From contig CAVQYV010000005.1 in NCBI GenBank assembly GCA_963718295.1, positions 25,933 through 89,932 on the forward strand: 64,000 bases of DNA. Reading direction: 5' to 3'. This stretch comes from an uncultured Methylomirabilota bacterium (GTDB taxonomy: Bacteria > Methylomirabilota > Methylomirabilia > CAVQYV01). Below, in pieces: positions 60,579-64,000 of the stretch; position 1 is the stretch's first letter; every line of letters begins with the position of its first letter. The translations under genes and the position numbers were made by a program. A model generated the notes under the pieces. The model saw nothing but the letters and a program-made list of their open reading frames with translations. It was not told the origin of the DNA and did no database searches.

Positions 60579-60648
60579 GGCACCCATTGTAGTACTAAGA
60601 GCAAGGCTACGTCTTACATCATCTCAGGAATAGAAAGGTAACCGAACT

Positions 60649-60741
60649 ATGGGGAGCGTGGTCAAGAAGAGGCGCAAGAAGATGAGCAGGCATAAATTCA
60701 AAAAGCGACTTCGCGCCACCCGCCACCAGCGAAAGAAGTAA
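60649..60741 (+). CDS. 30-aa highly basic microprotein resembling ribosomal protein bS22 / AURKAIP1-family (MGSVVKKRRKKMSRHKFKKRLRATRHQRKK). Not present in the ORF track.
   Basis: GAAAGG RBS 8 nt upstream of the ATG. Followed by a strong hairpin at 60785-60821. Its composition is typical of the conserved actinobacterial / Bacteroidetes bS22 microprotein. Confidence 0.5.
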   Translation: MGSVVKKRRKKMSRHKFKKRLRATRHQRKK

Positions 60742-60784
60742 GGGGAAGTAACAGGCAGGGCAAAAAGACCCTGATGAAGCACTT

Positions 60785-60821
60785 CAGGGTGCGGGCTTCT
60801 CCTTTGAGGGCCCGCACCCTG
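60785..60821 (+). terminator. 12-bp G/C stem hairpin (cagggtgcgggc / gcccgcaccctg) downstream of the microprotein ORF. No U-tract.
   Basis: Read from the sequence. Confidence 0.4.
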
Positions 60822-61196
60822 GCCGCCAGAGTTCCTTTCTCGAAATCTCGTCCGGCCATCGGCCTGAAATGACCACCCCTTGCTGATTGCAAACTCGTTT
60901 TTCCACCCATCCGTCAGATCCGACCTTTACTTCCGTAGATCCCATCTCTCGATGCCTCCCAATCCTCCTTCTTTTACGGTTGGGAGTCCGGAGCACAGAA
61001 GCTCGCGAAGGGCACTCCGGGGCAACCCAGGCCTCCCTCCCCCTTGATGCCATCATGCGTAACATAAGGTTCGACATGGGATCGAACTCTTGGCATAGGT
61101 GATGCGCGGGCCATCCACCATTCGATTTTGATATCTTTCCTTCGCCCGGATGTGGTAGAGGAGAGTGGTAAGTCAGAAAGAAGGGAGGCAAGTGCC

Positions 61197-62105
61197 ATGG
61201 GTAATTGGGAAAATCGGATAGGAAGGGAGGAAGGGGCCATGATCGGTAAGGGAATCGAAGGACTCAGGGGAGCAGCGAACATCGGCAGGAGGATCGGAGG
61301 CAAGTCCCTGGTCCTGGCTGTGATCATCTTCGTCCTGTTGTGGGGCACCTTCGTGCTCGTACCCGCCGGCCACCGGGGCGTGGTGTTGCTCTGGGGCTCC
61401 GTGGAAAAGCGGGTTATGGGGGAAGGCCTCAATTTCAAGGTTCCCCTCGCCGAACGGGTGATCAAGGTGGACGTGCGGGTCCAGCCCCATCCCTTCCGGG
61501 AGATCGACGCCGCTTCCAAGGAGTATCAGGCGGTGAAGCTCACGGGAATGATGAACTTCCACATCGATCCGGCCTATGTAAATGAGCTCTACCAAAAGGT
61601 GGGATCCGATTTTGCCGACAAGGTGATCGATCCCGCCTTCAACGACTTCATCAAAGAGGTAGTCCCCACCTACACCGTCCAGGAGATCCTTCCCAAGCGG
61701 GAGGAGATTCGGAAAACAGCCATGGCCAAGCTGGGAGGAAACCTCTCTCGCTACCACATCATCGTGGACGATATCTATCTCTCCAATATCCGCTTCAGCC
61801 CCGAATACGAACAGGCCATTGAGGCGAAGCAGGTGGCGCAACAACAGGTGGAGACCCAGAAGCAGGTGCTCGCCCAGCGGGAGATCGAGGCCAAGCAAAA
61901 GGTGGCGTCGGCCAAGGGTGAGGCGGAGTCAACGGTCATCGTGGCCGAAGGTATGGCGAAGGGAAATGAGGTCCTGGCTCGCTCCATCAGCCCTCTCCTT
62001 GTCCAATACAAGAGCATCGAGAAATGGAACGGGAGCCTGCCCCAGGTGGCGGGAGGGGCTTTGCCCTTCATCAATCTGGGGAGGATGGGAGAAGCTTCCA
62101 AGTAG
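61197..62105 (+). CDS. SPFH/Band-7 (prohibitin/HflC-like) membrane protein.
   Basis: GAAGGGAGG RBS. N-terminal TM helix. SPFH core. C-terminal coiled-coil (EAKQVAQQQVETQKQVLAQREIEAKQKVA). Confidence 0.8.
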   Translation: MGNWENRIGREEGAMIGKGIEGLRGAANIGRRIGGKSLVLAVIIFVLLWGTFVLVPAGHRGVVLLWGSVEKRVMGEGLNFKVPLAERVIKVDVRVQPHPFREIDAASKEYQAVKLTGMMNFHIDPAYVNELYQKVGSDFADKVIDPAFNDFIKEVVPTYTVQEILPKREEIRKTAMAKLGGNLSRYHIIVDDIYLSNIRFSPEYEQAIEAKQVAQQQVETQKQVLAQREIEAKQKVASAKGEAESTVIVAEGMAKGNEVLARSISPLLVQYKSIEKWNGSLPQVAGGALPFINLGRMGEASK

Positions 62106-62137
62106 TCGGAGGGGCCGAGCGAGGATCTGGATCCAGT

Positions 62138-64000
62138 TTATTTGCCCAGGAGCACCACCGTGCTTCGCGGGTTGGCAAGGTAGAAATCCGAAGGATGAAG
62201 GGGGATCTCCTCGCCTGGATCCAGGAAATCCGCACCGGCTTCCAGGCTGGTATCGATCACCCGATACCACCTCTGCCCTTCTTGCGGCGGCGGAACGCGG
62301 ATGTACTGAGGGGATGGATCGGCGTTCAGGATCACGAAGAGAAGATAATCGCCGATTTCGGATGGCTCTTCGCTTCCATCCAGCAAATAGCACAGGGTAC
62401 GAAGCTCAGGGTCTTCCCAGGATGGCGTTTCCAGGTCCTTGCCATACCAGGTGATATCAGGCAGATGGTCCGCTTCCAGGTCCCTCCCCAAAAAGAATTT
62501 CCTCCTCTGCAGGATGGTATGCCTCCTGGTAAAGGCGACGGCCTTCCGGTAGAATTCGAAGACGTCTGAGTTCTTCTGGATCTCATTCCAATCGAACCAG
62601 CTGATCTCGTTGTCCTGGCAATAGGCATTGTTATTGCCCCGCTGCGTCCTCAGGAATTCGTCCCCACCGAGGGCCATGGGGGTGCCCGCAGAAAAGAAGA
62701 GATAACAGAAATAGTTCTTCGCAAGTTGCTTTCTCAGCTGGATGATCCGAAGATCGTCGGTTTCCCCCTCCACCCCACAATTCCAGGAGTGATTGTCATT
62801 GCTGCCGTCTCGGTTATCCTCCAGGTTGGCTTGGTTGTGTTTGAAATCGTATGAGACCAGGTCCCACAGGGTAAAGCCGTCGTGGCAGGTAATGAAGTTG
62901 ATGCTGTTGTATGCCGACCTACCGTCATCTCCATAGAGGTCCGCAGAGCCAGTAAGCCTCCATCCCAGGTCCTTGACCTGCCCTTTATCTCCCTTCCCGA
63001 ACCTCCGCATGGTATCTCGAAACTTGCCATTCCATTCTAACCAGTCCACCGGAAAGTTCCCCACCTCGTAGGTCCCGAGGTCCCAGGGCTCAGCAATGAG
63101 CTTGATCCGACTCAGCACCGGATCCTGGGAGATCACATCGAAGAAGGAGGCTGACTTCTGGAAAAACCCTTCCTGTCGTCCCAATACCGAGGCCAGGTCG
63201 AAGCGAAAACCATCCACATGCATCACTTCCACCCAGTAGCGCAGGGAGTCCATGACGAGTCGGATCACCGCGGGATGGGCCAGATTGAAGGTATTGCCGC
63301 AGCCCGTATAATTCATATAGCGGCGGTAGGGCTCGTGAGAGGCTCCCGTCAGACAGTAGTAGACCGGGTTATCGATCCCCTTGAAGGAGAGGCAGGGCCC
63401 CAGTTCATTCCCCTCCGCGGTATGGTTGTAGACCACATCCAGGATGACCTCGATGCCGGCCTGGTGGAGCTCCCGCACTACGGTCTTGAACTCCTCCACC
63501 TGGCATCCGGGGAAGTTCTGGGTGCTGTAGGAGGACTCGGGGGCGAAAAAGCCGATCGTGTTGTATCCCCAGTAGTTCGTCAGGCCTTTCTCCAGGAGGA
63601 AATCCTCCACGTAGAGTTCCTGGAGGGGGAGAAATTCGACGGCATTGATCCCCAAGCCCTGCAGGTAAGGGATCTTCTCGATGAATCCCCTATAGGTCCC
63701 AGGATGGGAAACCCCCGAGGAGGGGTGCGCGGTAAATCCCTTCAGATGCACCTCATAGAGGATCAGCTTCTCGGGGGGGATATGGGGGGACACATCGCCC
63801 TGCCAGTCGAAGCGATCGTCGATTACAATGGAAAGCGGAACCACATGGGTGTTATCCCGCTGATCCATGTACAGGTCCTTATCGGGTGCGTTAGGGTCAT
63901 AGGGCAGGAGCAGGTTGTCGGCGTTTCTAAACTTGCCCGTCAGGGCCTTCGCATAGGGATCCATCAGGAGCTTGTTCTCATTGAATCGCATCCCATATTG
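62138..64000 (-). CDS. glgX: Glycogen debranching enzyme GlgX (isoamylase). Partial: the N-terminus lies beyond the window end.
   Basis: GH13 catalytic motifs (GFRFDLASV, EPWD). The reading frame is open to the window edge. Confidence 0.85.
   Translation of the reverse strand, partial: QYGMRFNENKLLMDPYAKALTGKFRNADNLLLPYDPNAPDKDLYMDQRDNTHVVPLSIVIDDRFDWQGDVSPHIPPEKLILYEVHLKGFTAHPSSGVSHPGTYRGFIEKIPYLQGLGINAVEFLPLQELYVEDFLLEKGLTNYWGYNTIGFFAPESSYSTQNFPGCQVEEFKTVVRELHQAGIEVILDVVYNHTAEGNELGPCLSFKGIDNPVYYCLTGASHEPYRRYMNYTGCGNTFNLAHPAVIRLVMDSLRYWVEVMHVDGFRFDLASVLGRQEGFFQKSASFFDVISQDPVLSRIKLIAEPWDLGTYEVGNFPVDWLEWNGKFRDTMRRFGKGDKGQVKDLGWRLTGSADLYGDDGRSAYNSINFITCHDGFTLWDLVSYDFKHNQANLEDNRDGSNDNHSWNCGVEGETDDLRIIQLRKQLAKNYFCYLFFSAGTPMALGGDEFLRTQRGNNNAYCQDNEISWFDWNEIQKNSDVFEFYRKAVAFTRRHTILQRRKFFLGRDLEADHLPDITWYGKDLETPSWEDPELRTLCYLLDGSEEPSEIGDYLLFVILNADPSPQYIRVPPPQEGQRWYRVIDTSLEAGADFLDPGEEIPLHPSDFYLANPRSTVVLLGK

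Noticed and set aside
1-64000. CRISPR arrays, tRNA and rRNA genes, integrases and transposases
   Set aside because: All intergenic regions were scanned for regularly spaced repeats and tRNA T-arm or acceptor patterns, and none were found. No ORF has recombinase or transposase motifs. The only dispersed repeat is the 38-mer pair.

Overview
The window is 64 kb of a GC-rich (~58-60%) bacterial metagenome-style contig. Gene content suggests an anaerobic or denitrifying Gram-negative organism. The first 2.26 kb have a distinctly higher GC content (~68%). They carry a triply frameshifted arylsulfatase and a MetA-pathway outer-membrane porter, and they end at a 17-bp palindrome, so this stretch is a possible chimeric or horizontally transferred junction.

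Core content, in order:
- Two tandem paralogs encoding an N-terminal CxxCH heme motif fused to TolB-like PD40 beta-propeller repeats. Their 3' ~1 kb are near-identical.
- A ubiE gene with an adjacent FAD oxidoreductase, then glgB and htrA.
- A locus that looks like a tungstate/molybdate acquisition unit. It contains two paralogous cassettes, each made of a sigma70 promoter, a conserved ~100-nt structured RNA and an intrinsic terminator. One cassette precedes a secreted diheme cytochrome c gene and the other precedes an OprO/OprP-like anion porin gene. These are followed by tupA x2, two unknown genes, a Mo/W-storage-protein (MosA/MosB)-like amino-acid-kinase gene, tupB, and tupC carrying a TOBE domain.
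- An operon of two Tat-exported DUF362 proteins, a secreted protein and a NapH-like membrane polyferredoxin.
- A short operon of FMN-binding protein and ApbE.
- An orphan DNA methyltransferase, a cupin and a class II photolyase that appear co-transcribed.
- A 4.7-kb segment flanked by 38-bp direct repeats. It contains the C-terminal remnant of an acyl-CoA synthetase gene.
- A heme d1 / cd1 nitrite-reductase cluster: a nirS/N-like gene, a diheme cytochrome c, nirJ-like and nirF-like genes. Several of these are frameshifted.
- htpX, and a dnaK-hsp20-dnaJ-hspR operon.
- A HAD phosphatase and nth.
- An unannotated 30-aa bS22-like basic microprotein.
- An SPFH protein and a partial glgX.

At least 10 genes carry single-base frameshifts, mostly at homopolymer runs. 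This looks more like systematic indel error than real gene decay. No CRISPR array, tRNA, rRNA, integrase or transposase was found.
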